From a virus, in IMG/VR virus record IMGVR_UViG_3300045988_117041: a stretch of 64,000 nucleotides of DNA; one strand, written 5' to 3'. Below the pieces are notes generated by a model. It made no database searches. It saw only the letters and a list, made by a program, of their open reading frames with translations, and was not told the DNA's origin. This document shows, piece by piece, positions 53,854 to 61,796 of the stretch. The position numbers and the translations under genes are program-made. Every line of letters begins with the position of its first letter. Within the stretch, counting starts at the first letter, position 1.

Positions 53854-55565
53854 GTAAACCAGTTGTAGTATTAAATAGTGGAGGTTTTGACAGCACCGTA
53901 TTGTTACATTATGTAAAAGAGGTTGAAGAAGACAGTCTTGTATACTCACTGTTTTTTGAATACGGTCAGCGTTCCATGGAACAAGAAAGACGCTGTGCGC
54001 GTAAAAACTCTGTAGACCTTGACGCGCAGTATATAGGTGTCAGTCTTCCAAAGATATACTGGACTGGCAGTGACTTCTATAATGAGGGAGAGTTTAAGGT
54101 AGACAAGCAGTATCTTGAAATGAGAAATTTAATTTTTCTGTCATATGCTCTTTCCTTTGCAGAGAGTGTAGGTGCAGAAAAGGTTTATCTTGCAGTGCTG
54201 AAATCACACCACGGGTATCCAGACACATCACCTAGATTTATTAGTGCTATGAATGAGGTATCGAATATAATAGGTGTTAGTATTGAAGCACCATTTATAG
54301 AGAGTGACAAATACAACCTTGTTGGTCTTGCTTACAAGTACGGCATTACTGAAAACGACTTTCACAGTTGTGATAAACCTACTACAGACGGGAAACCGTG
54401 TGGCGTGTGTGATGATTGTGAGGTAGTAAAAGAAATCATGTCCCAGTTAGAGTTAAAACACCCACGGGACGTAAAGTTTAGTCCAAGAGGAACACATGAA
54501 CAGTATGAGACCGTCTATAAAGAGTACCCGGTGAATGAGTTAAGATTCACCATAAATAACAGGTGCCAGTTTAGTTGCGCTCATTGTTACTACGGATATG
54601 AGACTTCACACCGGGAAGACCTATCAGAGAAGGAACTTACTGAATTTGCTATCAGACTTCACAAGCAGTTTGGGTTTAAGAGTATTCACTATTGCGGCAA
54701 AGAACCTATGATTGATAGCGCGATATTTGATTCCATAAGGACACTTAGGAAGGTGTTACCCGTTGACATTGAATACAGTGTTGTAACAAACGGCTTAACT
54801 GTGACTGAATACTATGAGCAGTTAGTGAATGAAAGGTTGTTAGACAAGGTGTTCCTGTCCGTTGATGATATTGAGACAGTGACGGATAAAGAACAGAAGT
54901 TACGAAACACCAGTAGGCATATATTAAATGCTATAGACTTCCTGGTTACGAATAAAGTTCCGTTACAAGTGTTTATTGACCTTCACAAAGGTAACTACAA
55001 CTACATCAATGAAATGTTGTATCAGTTAGTGAAGTTAGGTGTTAGAGAGTTTTTCGTCCGGGCAATAATGCCAATAGGTAACGCCGAAGACCTTGAACCT
55101 CTGTCCATAGCAGAGATAGCGGAAGTGTACAGTAAACTTAAGAGGTTGACAAACTATTACCACACCACCGTTAAAGACTTTAAAGTACTTCTTACTTTAG
55201 GTAAAGACGTTATAGTCCGTATGCAGGAGCGTGACATTGACGATATGACAAAAGACGAGGAAGACTTAATAGAAATGGTTGCAAAGTCTTTAGAGTATAA
55301 CACAGACGTTGTTGTGCCGGGAATGAGTATATACCCGGAGGAAGTTTGCACACAGTTTCTTGATACTCTTACCCTTACATCAGACGGGTATGTGTTAGGC
55401 TGTACTTCCGCTGTAAGCTGTAGTGAGTACTGGAAACACAGCGCGTTTGATATAAATACACCAGACGAGGACTTCAAGAATCGTTTGATTGAAGCAAGAA
55501 GTAAGGTGTTAGAGTATGACGGTGAAAATTGTCCATTTTCTTGTCCCAAAAGTATTGACATTTAA
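53850..55565 (+). CDS. queC: QueC (7-cyano-7-deazaguanine synthase) fused to a radical-SAM domain with C-terminal Cys-rich (SPASM/twitch-like) region
   Basis: PP-loop VVVLNSGGFDSTV. QueC zinc motif CGVCDDCEV. Then CQFSCAHCYY (CX3CX2C, 54564-54587). Further Cys residues in CTQF, GCTSAVSC and CPFSCP. Confidence 0.7.
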   Translation: MSKPVVVLNSGGFDSTVLLHYVKEVEEDSLVYSLFFEYGQRSMEQERRCARKNSVDLDAQYIGVSLPKIYWTGSDFYNEGEFKVDKQYLEMRNLIFLSYALSFAESVGAEKVYLAVLKSHHGYPDTSPRFISAMNEVSNIIGVSIEAPFIESDKYNLVGLAYKYGITENDFHSCDKPTTDGKPCGVCDDCEVVKEIMSQLELKHPRDVKFSPRGTHEQYETVYKEYPVNELRFTINNRCQFSCAHCYYGYETSHREDLSEKELTEFAIRLHKQFGFKSIHYCGKEPMIDSAIFDSIRTLRKVLPVDIEYSVVTNGLTVTEYYEQLVNERLLDKVFLSVDDIETVTDKEQKLRNTSRHILNAIDFLVTNKVPLQVFIDLHKGNYNYINEMLYQLVKLGVREFFVRAIMPIGNAEDLEPLSIAEIAEVYSKLKRLTNYYHTTVKDFKVLLTLGKDVIVRMQERDIDDMTKDEEDLIEMVAKSLEYNTDVVVPGMSIYPEEVCTQFLDTLTLTSDGYVLGCTSAVSCSEYWKHSAFDINTPDEDFKNRLIEARSKVLEYDGENCPFSCPKSIDI

Positions 55566-55582
55566 TACTCATGGTGTATAAT
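55555..55582 (+). promoter_or_regulatory. Near-consensus sigma-A promoter inside the 3' end of queC-rSAM
   Basis: TTGACA, 16-nt spacer, TATAAT. Confidence 0.55.
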
Positions 55583-55671
55583 TGTATTCAGAGATTTAGG
55601 AATGGCGTAGGTCTTCCGTATTTACCTACAGCCTAGTCCCTTGCTCACAATACGATAAGGAGGTAAACACC

Positions 55672-55848
55672 ATGATGAATGTTTACGCAGAATCCCCCAA
55701 AGGTGGCGGGCGTGCCGCTGGTGGTAATGCACAGCAGACTGCACCCGCACCGACCAGAGGTGGAGTAAGAGCCACACTGGGTAGAGCGGCTACAGGTGCA
55801 AGAAACGCGCTGAACAGGATTATTCGTCCCAGAGGACGTAACCGTTAA
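55672..55848 (+). CDS. Small Gly/Ala/Arg-rich basic protein (not in the ORF track)
   Basis: 58 aa, MMNVYAESPKGGGRAAGGNAQQTAPAPTRGGVRATLGRAATGARNALNRIIRPRGRNR. SD AAGGAGG lies 8 nt upstream. Confidence 0.55.
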   Translation: MMNVYAESPKGGGRAAGGNAQQTAPAPTRGGVRATLGRAATGARNALNRIIRPRGRNR

Positions 55849-55870
55849 TCAGTCCCGCACCAAGAAAGAG

Positions 55871-55905
55871 AGAAGTCCTAATAAACTGGGACTTCTTTTC
55901 TTTTA
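55871..55905 (+). terminator. Rho-independent terminator
   Basis: AGAAGTCC pairs with GGACTTCT, followed by TTTCTTTT. Confidence 0.6.
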
Positions 55906-55950
55906 CCCGGATTTATGTTATACTGTCATAAAAAGAAAGGAGACAACACA

Positions 55951-56205
55951 ATGTATATTGAATCACCAAGAGACAAAGAAGGAGTTAGAGATTGGGAAGC
56001 AGAGGAAGACGCACAGGCATTATTAAAAGCCCGGCAGATTAATGCAGACCCCGTAAGAAAAGCAAAAGCACAGGCGGTTATAAGGAGTATCCAAGCCACG
56101 TTAAAAGGTGCTTTGACGGGGACACCTCCTGTAAACACGCCGAGTTCAAGAAATAACCCCGCCACTATCGGACAGTTAAACATTCCCAGCAGAAACAGAA
56201 GATAA
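55951..56205 (+). CDS. Hypothetical small protein with a basic C-terminus
   Basis: 84 aa. ATG 55951 follows AAAGGAG. The track start at 55915 overlaps the TGtTATACT promoter element. Confidence 0.5.
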   Translation: MYIESPRDKEGVRDWEAEEDAQALLKARQINADPVRKAKAQAVIRSIQATLKGALTGTPPVNTPSSRNNPATIGQLNIPSRNRR

Positions 56206-56260
56206 CACCAGAACACCACAAACACATTATATACTTACAGAAGACAGAAAGGAATCGCGC

Positions 56261-56812
56261 ATGAACGATAAGTACAATTTGAGTTCAAAAGAGCAGGATA
56301 TAGCCAGCCATATAAAAGGTATAATGAGTTTGCTAGGTATTGAGGAAACACCATCAAACATAGACACCCCAAAGCGGATAGCGAAAATGTATAGCCGCGA
56401 AGTGTTTAGCAGTGAAGGTAAAGACCTAGCCGAACTTGACGCACAAATGACTACTTTCATTAACACGGATTTGAGTTCAATGCCCGTGACAATGACCGGG
56501 ATTAAATTTAGTTCCATGTGTGCACACCACTGGCTACCATTTTTCGGTGAAGTAGAGATAAGCTACACACCATTTACTAAAGTGATTGGGCTGTCAAAAC
56601 TGCCGCGAGTTGTGAAGTGGTTCAGTAAAAAGCCACAGACCCAGGAAGAAATGACGAAAGAGATAGGGAACTACTTAGCAGTGTTCCTTAATCCCCGTAA
56701 ACTGTCCGTGAAGGTAACAGCATTGCATACTTGCGTAGCGTGTAGGGGAATTGAGAGCGTAGGGACAGAGACCATAACTGAATACAGATATAACAGAGGG
56801 GAAGACGCTTAA
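56261..56812 (+). CDS. folE: GTP cyclohydrolase I
   Basis: SSMCAHHWLPFFG and KKPQTQEEMTKEI match the FolE signatures. Confidence 0.8.
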   Translation: MNDKYNLSSKEQDIASHIKGIMSLLGIEETPSNIDTPKRIAKMYSREVFSSEGKDLAELDAQMTTFINTDLSSMPVTMTGIKFSSMCAHHWLPFFGEVEISYTPFTKVIGLSKLPRVVKWFSKKPQTQEEMTKEIGNYLAVFLNPRKLSVKVTALHTCVACRGIESVGTETITEYRYNRGEDA

Positions 56813-56829
56813 CGGCGTCTTTTCTTTTG
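56801..56829 (+). terminator. Rho-independent terminator after folE
   Basis: GAAGACGC pairs with GCGTCTTT, followed by TCTTTT. Confidence 0.6.
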
Positions 56830-56876
56830 CGCGCAATATGATATAATAAGTACATAACTTATGAAAGAGGTGAACC

Positions 56877-57458
56877 ATGAAGGTAGCAATATTTAATGGC
56901 AGTTCAAGACAGCATAGTAACAGTGAACTAATCTCAGGTGAATTAAGACGTATATTTGAGCGTCTAGGGTATGACACCGTAGTGCTCAATGCAAGTGACA
57001 TGACAGGCTGTAGACCATGTAATCAATGTGGATTCTGTAGTTCAGTAGGTAGCTGTATATATGAAAGAGATACTCTGGGACAACACCATATTAAATGTAT
57101 ATGGGCTAGTGACATATGGGTGATTGTAACACCTGTGTATTGCTTTTCCATGTCCCCGCCGACCTTGACGTTACTGTCCCGGTTTTATTCTTATGGCCCA
57201 GAAGTGTTGCAAGATAAAGTTGTGTCTTCTGTGATAGTAAGTGGCAGTAGCGGTAGATATGGTGGAAAGAGCCTTGTAAATGAATCCTTTAAGCGATACT
57301 TTGAATATACAGGTGCTAACTATACAAACAAGCCCATAGGTATCACTACAAACGACACCGTGTTAGAAGACCTGCATACACTTACACCACGGTTAAGACT
57401 ATTTTGTAAAGACTTGATAAGGAGAGCGAAAAATGCTGAAAATAGTACCAAGGACTAA
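56877..57458 (+). CDS. Flavodoxin-fold FMN reductase / iron-sulfur flavoprotein-like
   Basis: MKVAIFNGSSRQHSNS (NADPH-dependent FMN reductase N-terminus) plus the Cys cluster CRPCNQCGFCSSVGSC. Confidence 0.55.
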   Translation: MKVAIFNGSSRQHSNSELISGELRRIFERLGYDTVVLNASDMTGCRPCNQCGFCSSVGSCIYERDTLGQHHIKCIWASDIWVIVTPVYCFSMSPPTLTLLSRFYSYGPEVLQDKVVSSVIVSGSSGRYGGKSLVNESFKRYFEYTGANYTNKPIGITTNDTVLEDLHTLTPRLRLFCKDLIRRAKNAENSTKD

Positions 57459-59601
57459 AAAGAAACCCGTACCAAAGAAAAAGGTTCCACCAAAAAAGAA
57501 GACCACCACGCCCGTAGAGATAGACGAGACCCCGGAAGTAGAGGAAGAACCAAAAAAGAACTATAGTTCTCTGCATGATGTAATGGACACTAACAGACCT
57601 TTTAAGTTAGTGTTTTCTGGCGTTGAGAATGAAAGCTACTATGACATACTTTTTGATTGCGGCGTGCGTAGCTTTCTAATGTCCTATCACTATATCCAGA
57701 GCAAGCACATTAAAATGCGTGATAGGTTTGATGGGACGGGTGTTAAACTGTTTATTGATAGTGGCGCGCATACATACCAGAATGACCCTAAATATCTGGA
57801 ACTTCCGTTAGAGTATTGGGAGAAGCACTTGCAGAAGTACCTTAACTGGGTTGAGCGGAATAGAAAGTATATATTTGCCATAGCAAGTTTTGACTTTGAG
57901 AACATTGTAGGTGCAGACACAGTAGATAGGTGGAACCGAGAATACTTAGAACCGTTCATGTTGCGCACAGGTATACCAGTGTGTTTCGTGTGGCACCAAA
58001 ATTCAAAGTATGACTGGGAGTTCTATTGCAAGCGTTATCCCTATGTGGGATTTTCGTCTGTCAATACAGAAGGTGAAGCCATAGAACTATCAGAGTATAA
58101 ACAAAGACTGAAAGTGGCAGAGAAGAACGAAGCACTTGTACACGGGTTCGGTATGACGCGTACAGGTATGTTGACTGAACTTCCCTTCTACACCTCAGAT
58201 AGTACGACATGGCTTGTGGGTTTGCAGTATGGGGAAATGAACTACTGGAATGGCACCAAAATGAACCGCCTTAAGAAAGACAAGTGGAAATCACCTGCTG
58301 TACTATCAGAGTTTGAGAGAAGGTATAACTCAGACCAAACACTGTTAGAGCAGGAAGACATAACCGAGGTGATAAAAGTCAATGTGTTTGCTTTCCTTGA
58401 CGCAGAGGATTATATCGTCACCAAGCTACGTTCTCAAATGTACTGGTTAAAAGCAAAGACAACTAAACGGGACGTGAATAACTTACCGCCAGACTTCTTT
58501 CCAGACCCTGACATGGTGATGGTGTGTTTAGACGAAGGTGATAAAAGTGTAGTGTCATATGCTCAGAAATTTAATATCAACCCGGAATATGCTGACGCTG
58601 ACTTTTTAGTGTGTTGTGCTACATTGTTCCTTAACTGGGATAACTCAATATACAGTGACTGTAAGGACATACTCATTGAGGACGAAGCAGTGATTAAATC
58701 CCTCCATGACACACTGATAAACAGGATAGTCCCAGGTGTTGATGAAATGGTCGAAGACCTAACGCAGTTATTCAAAGAGTGCATAAGCGGTGAGAATGAC
58801 AAGCTATTACAGATAGGCACCAACTTTGACCGCGCACAGAAAGAGCGTGAACACTATATAGAGGAAGAAGACGAGTATGAGGAAGTAGAAGTATCAGAAG
58901 GTGAGATAAGGGCCGCTGTGTATAACAACATTCCTAAAGACCGTCTTCTTACCGCAGGTGAAGATTCCGCGCCAGAGATTACGGAACTTGACGCAGAAAT
59001 ATTTAACGGCACAGGTATAACACCACGTTTTGATGATAGAGGTAAATTCCTTAAAGGTGTTAGACAAGTAAAGAAACCAAAGTCCGTGTACAGTAAGAAG
59101 TTCCCTAAACTGGCGTGTGCTACGTGTTTCGCGGCAAGTACGTGTCCAGAATACAAAGACGGCTATGTGTGTGCTTATAATAAGCTGTTCAGCAACTATG
59201 ACACACGTAACATGGGTGACATTGTAGAAGCTATGCAATCCATGGCAAGTGTGAACATGGGCCGCCTACAGAAAGCAATGCTGTTTGAGACACTAGGTGG
59301 TGCATTAGACCCACAGGTATCACAGCTTATTAATCAGAACGTCACTTTGCTGAACAACCTTAAGTCAATGTATGAGAACACCAACGCAATGGTGCTTAAA
59401 CAGACCCGCAATATAAGACAGGACGGAAGTGTAGAAGAATCTGTGCAAGTAACCAATCCTCATAGCATGGGTATTATGGAACAGTTACTATCAAAGATAA
59501 TGCCTAGCAGTGATAAAGAAGACGAGGTTATAGTTGAATCAGAGGACGTAACACCCAAAAAGAAAAGCAGTGCATATGCAGACCTGGAAGAAGACGACTA
59601 A
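57433..59601 (+). CDS. dpdA: DpdA-like DNA-guanine transglycosylase (TGT superfamily) with a ~390-aa C-terminal extension
   Basis: FLMSYHYI...KLFIDSGAHTY...VGFSSV resembles phage DpdA. Lies in a cluster with queCDE and folE. The C-terminal part is acidic and contains CATCFAASTCPEYKDGYVC. Confidence 0.55.
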   Translation: MLKIVPRTKKKPVPKKKVPPKKKTTTPVEIDETPEVEEEPKKNYSSLHDVMDTNRPFKLVFSGVENESYYDILFDCGVRSFLMSYHYIQSKHIKMRDRFDGTGVKLFIDSGAHTYQNDPKYLELPLEYWEKHLQKYLNWVERNRKYIFAIASFDFENIVGADTVDRWNREYLEPFMLRTGIPVCFVWHQNSKYDWEFYCKRYPYVGFSSVNTEGEAIELSEYKQRLKVAEKNEALVHGFGMTRTGMLTELPFYTSDSTTWLVGLQYGEMNYWNGTKMNRLKKDKWKSPAVLSEFERRYNSDQTLLEQEDITEVIKVNVFAFLDAEDYIVTKLRSQMYWLKAKTTKRDVNNLPPDFFPDPDMVMVCLDEGDKSVVSYAQKFNINPEYADADFLVCCATLFLNWDNSIYSDCKDILIEDEAVIKSLHDTLINRIVPGVDEMVEDLTQLFKECISGENDKLLQIGTNFDRAQKEREHYIEEEDEYEEVEVSEGEIRAAVYNNIPKDRLLTAGEDSAPEITELDAEIFNGTGITPRFDDRGKFLKGVRQVKKPKSVYSKKFPKLACATCFAASTCPEYKDGYVCAYNKLFSNYDTRNMGDIVEAMQSMASVNMGRLQKAMLFETLGGALDPQVSQLINQNVTLLNNLKSMYENTNAMVLKQTRNIRQDGSVEESVQVTNPHSMGIMEQLLSKIMPSSDKEDEVIVESEDVTPKKKSSAYADLEEDD

Positions 59602-59616
59602 ACCCGTCTTCTTTTC
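59590..59616 (+). terminator. Rho-independent terminator
   Basis: GAAGACG pairs with CGTCTTC, followed by TTTT. Confidence 0.6.
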
Positions 59617-59632
59617 CATTTTACAGGATTAC

Positions 59633-59660
59633 TTGACAGTTTCCTTATTAAAGCTATAAT
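59633..59660 (+). promoter_or_regulatory. Near-consensus sigma-A promoter
   Basis: TTGACA, 16-nt spacer, TATAAT. Confidence 0.55.
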
Positions 59661-59698
59661 AATGCCATTAAACACCCAATACGAAAGCGAGGAACACC

Positions 59699-60442
59699 AT
59701 GAAGAAATCAACTCTATTTAAAATGACAAGGCCGCACCCAATTAAAGCATTTTTAGACCGCATAACCCGCAAGTTTATGGACTGGGTAAATAACCTTCTT
59801 TTAGCCATGACTAAACACCCGCTCTTTGGGAAGTTCGTAAAACTGCATGAGAAAAGAACTGTACACCCCTTTAGAAATCTGTCTGATGGCATAATGCACT
59901 TAGGGACTGTTAGTGATTCATATATGACCTGGACAGCCACGGGTATTCTTGAGTGTGTAGAAACCAGCATTAAATCACACATAACCATATTTGACCGGGG
60001 CCGTTTCTTTGAACATGAGCAGTGCTGGGTAGACAAGAACGTGCGTTGCAAGTTAGGTATAACAAGACTTACCGTGTTGTTGAACGGCGAAATTAAAGAG
60101 ATAGAAGCGCGAGGTAAAAGACAACGGTTTAATATCTATAACCCACATACTACATTAGCACCATTTGACCTTCATGATGGCAATACTAAAGAGGTGCGAG
60201 AAGAAATAGTGGTCGTTAATTTCAGTGAGGTGATGGGATATAACTTTAGAATACCCGTAACAATAGGTAGTATGTGTAACATGACCGAGGGTGATATTAT
60301 AGTCGAGACAATGATGTGTATTAGACATTTCGCAGAAAACAACTATGAGCTATACCGGGAAGTGTTTGATAAGTGTGTTATACCCAATGACTTAACATGG
60401 ATAACACCCGTTCCAGAAATTAGGCCACTGAGAAAGGAATAA
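59699..60442 (+). CDS. Hypothetical protein
   Basis: 247 aa with SD GAGGA. Confidence 0.55.
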   Translation: MKKSTLFKMTRPHPIKAFLDRITRKFMDWVNNLLLAMTKHPLFGKFVKLHEKRTVHPFRNLSDGIMHLGTVSDSYMTWTATGILECVETSIKSHITIFDRGRFFEHEQCWVDKNVRCKLGITRLTVLLNGEIKEIEARGKRQRFNIYNPHTTLAPFDLHDGNTKEVREEIVVVNFSEVMGYNFRIPVTIGSMCNMTEGDIIVETMMCIRHFAENNYELYREVFDKCVIPNDLTWITPVPEIRPLRKE

Positions 60443-60444
60443 CT

Positions 60445-60473
60445 TTGACAGCATTTACCATATATGCTACACT
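60445..60473 (+). promoter_or_regulatory. Sigma-A-type promoter
   Basis: TTGACA, 17-nt spacer, TGcTACACT. Confidence 0.5.
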
Positions 60474-60520
60474 GTACCAGTATCACTATTAAACAACCAC
60501 ATACAAAAGGAGGAAAAGAA

Positions 60521-61201
60521 ATGGCAGTAATCAGAACAAGTACAGGTGAGAAGCCCAAGAGAGGGGAGCTGTACTACGTCTATCCGCAGATGGCGTGGGA
60601 CAATGATGATTCTGAGAAAGGGACAAGCAGAACTGATGTAAAGAGTGGGAGACCCGCTATCATTATTGGTAATGACGCTGGGAATGGTGCTTCTGATATG
60701 TGTGTTATTGCGTGGCTTACACGTCAAGACAAAGCACCTTTACCAGAACACGTTACAGTACCTTCCGGCCCCGCCAAAGAATCAACTATGTTGCTGGAAC
60801 ACCCCATCACCGTGTCTCAATCGCGTTTAGGTGAAAAGATTAGCACCTGTTCCACACCATTAATGAAGAAAGTTGATTCTGCATTGCTGGTATCTATAGG
60901 TATATGTGATACCTTACAAGACGCGGAATATCTGTTAAAATGTCGTGCTATGGTGTATGACTTGCAAGCGCAGGTAGATACATATAAGCATGAGTTAGAG
61001 CAGAAAGACGCGGAAATTAAAGCACTGAATGATAAACTTGAATCACACGACACGAACATAAGAGATTTAAGTAATCGGTTAGAGTGTGCGGAAAGCAGAA
61101 CACCTATAAACCCAAGTGATTTAAAACTTGAACTGGTGTTAAATGAGCGGGATTATTTGAGAGACCTTGTTAAGCTGTCAATGACAGGAGGTATTATCTA
61201 A
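60521..61201 (+). CDS. PemK/MazF-fold domain fused to a C-terminal coiled coil
   Basis: RGELYYVYP...GRPAIIIGNDAGN...CVIAWLT...STMLLEHPITVSQSRL fits the MazF/PemK pattern. The C-terminal ~90 aa form a heptad-rich coiled coil. Confidence 0.5.
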   Translation: MAVIRTSTGEKPKRGELYYVYPQMAWDNDDSEKGTSRTDVKSGRPAIIIGNDAGNGASDMCVIAWLTRQDKAPLPEHVTVPSGPAKESTMLLEHPITVSQSRLGEKISTCSTPLMKKVDSALLVSIGICDTLQDAEYLLKCRAMVYDLQAQVDTYKHELEQKDAEIKALNDKLESHDTNIRDLSNRLECAESRTPINPSDLKLELVLNERDYLRDLVKLSMTGGII

Positions 61202-61261
61202 TGAGTGTGAGAAGGGACGTATATTTAAGTAGACACGTTATACAGTGAAAGAGGCATACAT

Positions 61262-61567
61262 ATGACAAATAAACAGCGAGAGGATTATGCCCGTTATCTT
61301 TCACGATTGACAATACAAGAATTGGGCGAAGAATGGGACAGCGTAACAGAAGACATTTTAAGAAAGGCACACAAGAAGCGCAAGACCAATGATAAAATTG
61401 TAATTGAATACCCATGGGTAAAGAAGCAGGAAGAAACACCATCTAAAAAGGTGTTGAAAGTCAGAAAAAAGAAAAAACATAAACCTTCTTTGTGTGCGAA
61501 AAAGAAGGGAAAGAAGAAATGCAAAAGATTTATACCCCCCGTACCAGGGAGAAAGCGCAACAATTAA
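61262..61567 (+). CDS. Hypothetical Lys-rich protein
   Basis: 101 aa with a highly basic C-terminus, KKVLKVRKKKKHK...KKKGKKKCKR. Confidence 0.5.
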   Translation: MTNKQREDYARYLSRLTIQELGEEWDSVTEDILRKAHKKRKTNDKIVIEYPWVKKQEETPSKKVLKVRKKKKHKPSLCAKKKGKKKCKRFIPPVPGRKRNN

Positions 61568-61764
61568 TATCGTATTACATTTCAAAGTGGGAACAGTCTA
61601 ATCACCCGGTAGTCATTAAAGACGCAGACTTAGAAGACCTTGTAAAAGCTATTTACAGACGGGCCGCGAACACAAAGACTACAGAACGTGAAGCAGTATG
61701 GGACTATCTGACAGAGTTCTACACAGACACACCAGAAGATGATGATTGGTTCATTGAAGATTAA
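61519..61764 (+). CDS. Hypothetical protein
   Basis: 81 aa. ATG 61519 follows AAGGGA. Overlaps the previous gene by 49 nt in the -1 frame. Confidence 0.45.
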   Translation: MQKIYTPRTREKAQQLISYYISKWEQSNHPVVIKDADLEDLVKAIYRRAANTKTTEREAVWDYLTEFYTDTPEDDDWFIED

Positions 61765-61796
61765 GTAACCCATATAGGATATGCACAGATGGAAGT

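Noticed and set aside
55590-55671. A canonical preQ1-I riboswitch.
   Set aside because: The A-rich tail and conserved loop nucleotides of the class I consensus, as I recall it, are absent. Only a generic pseudoknot that could sequester the SD can be argued, and that is reported as a low-confidence finding.
53850-55848. A RiPP system (SPASM radical-SAM maturase plus the adjacent 58-aa peptide).
   Set aside because: The peptide has no Cys or other usual cross-link residues and has its own promoter and terminator. The radical-SAM domain is fused to QueC within a nucleobase pathway, so a base-modifying role is more parsimonious.
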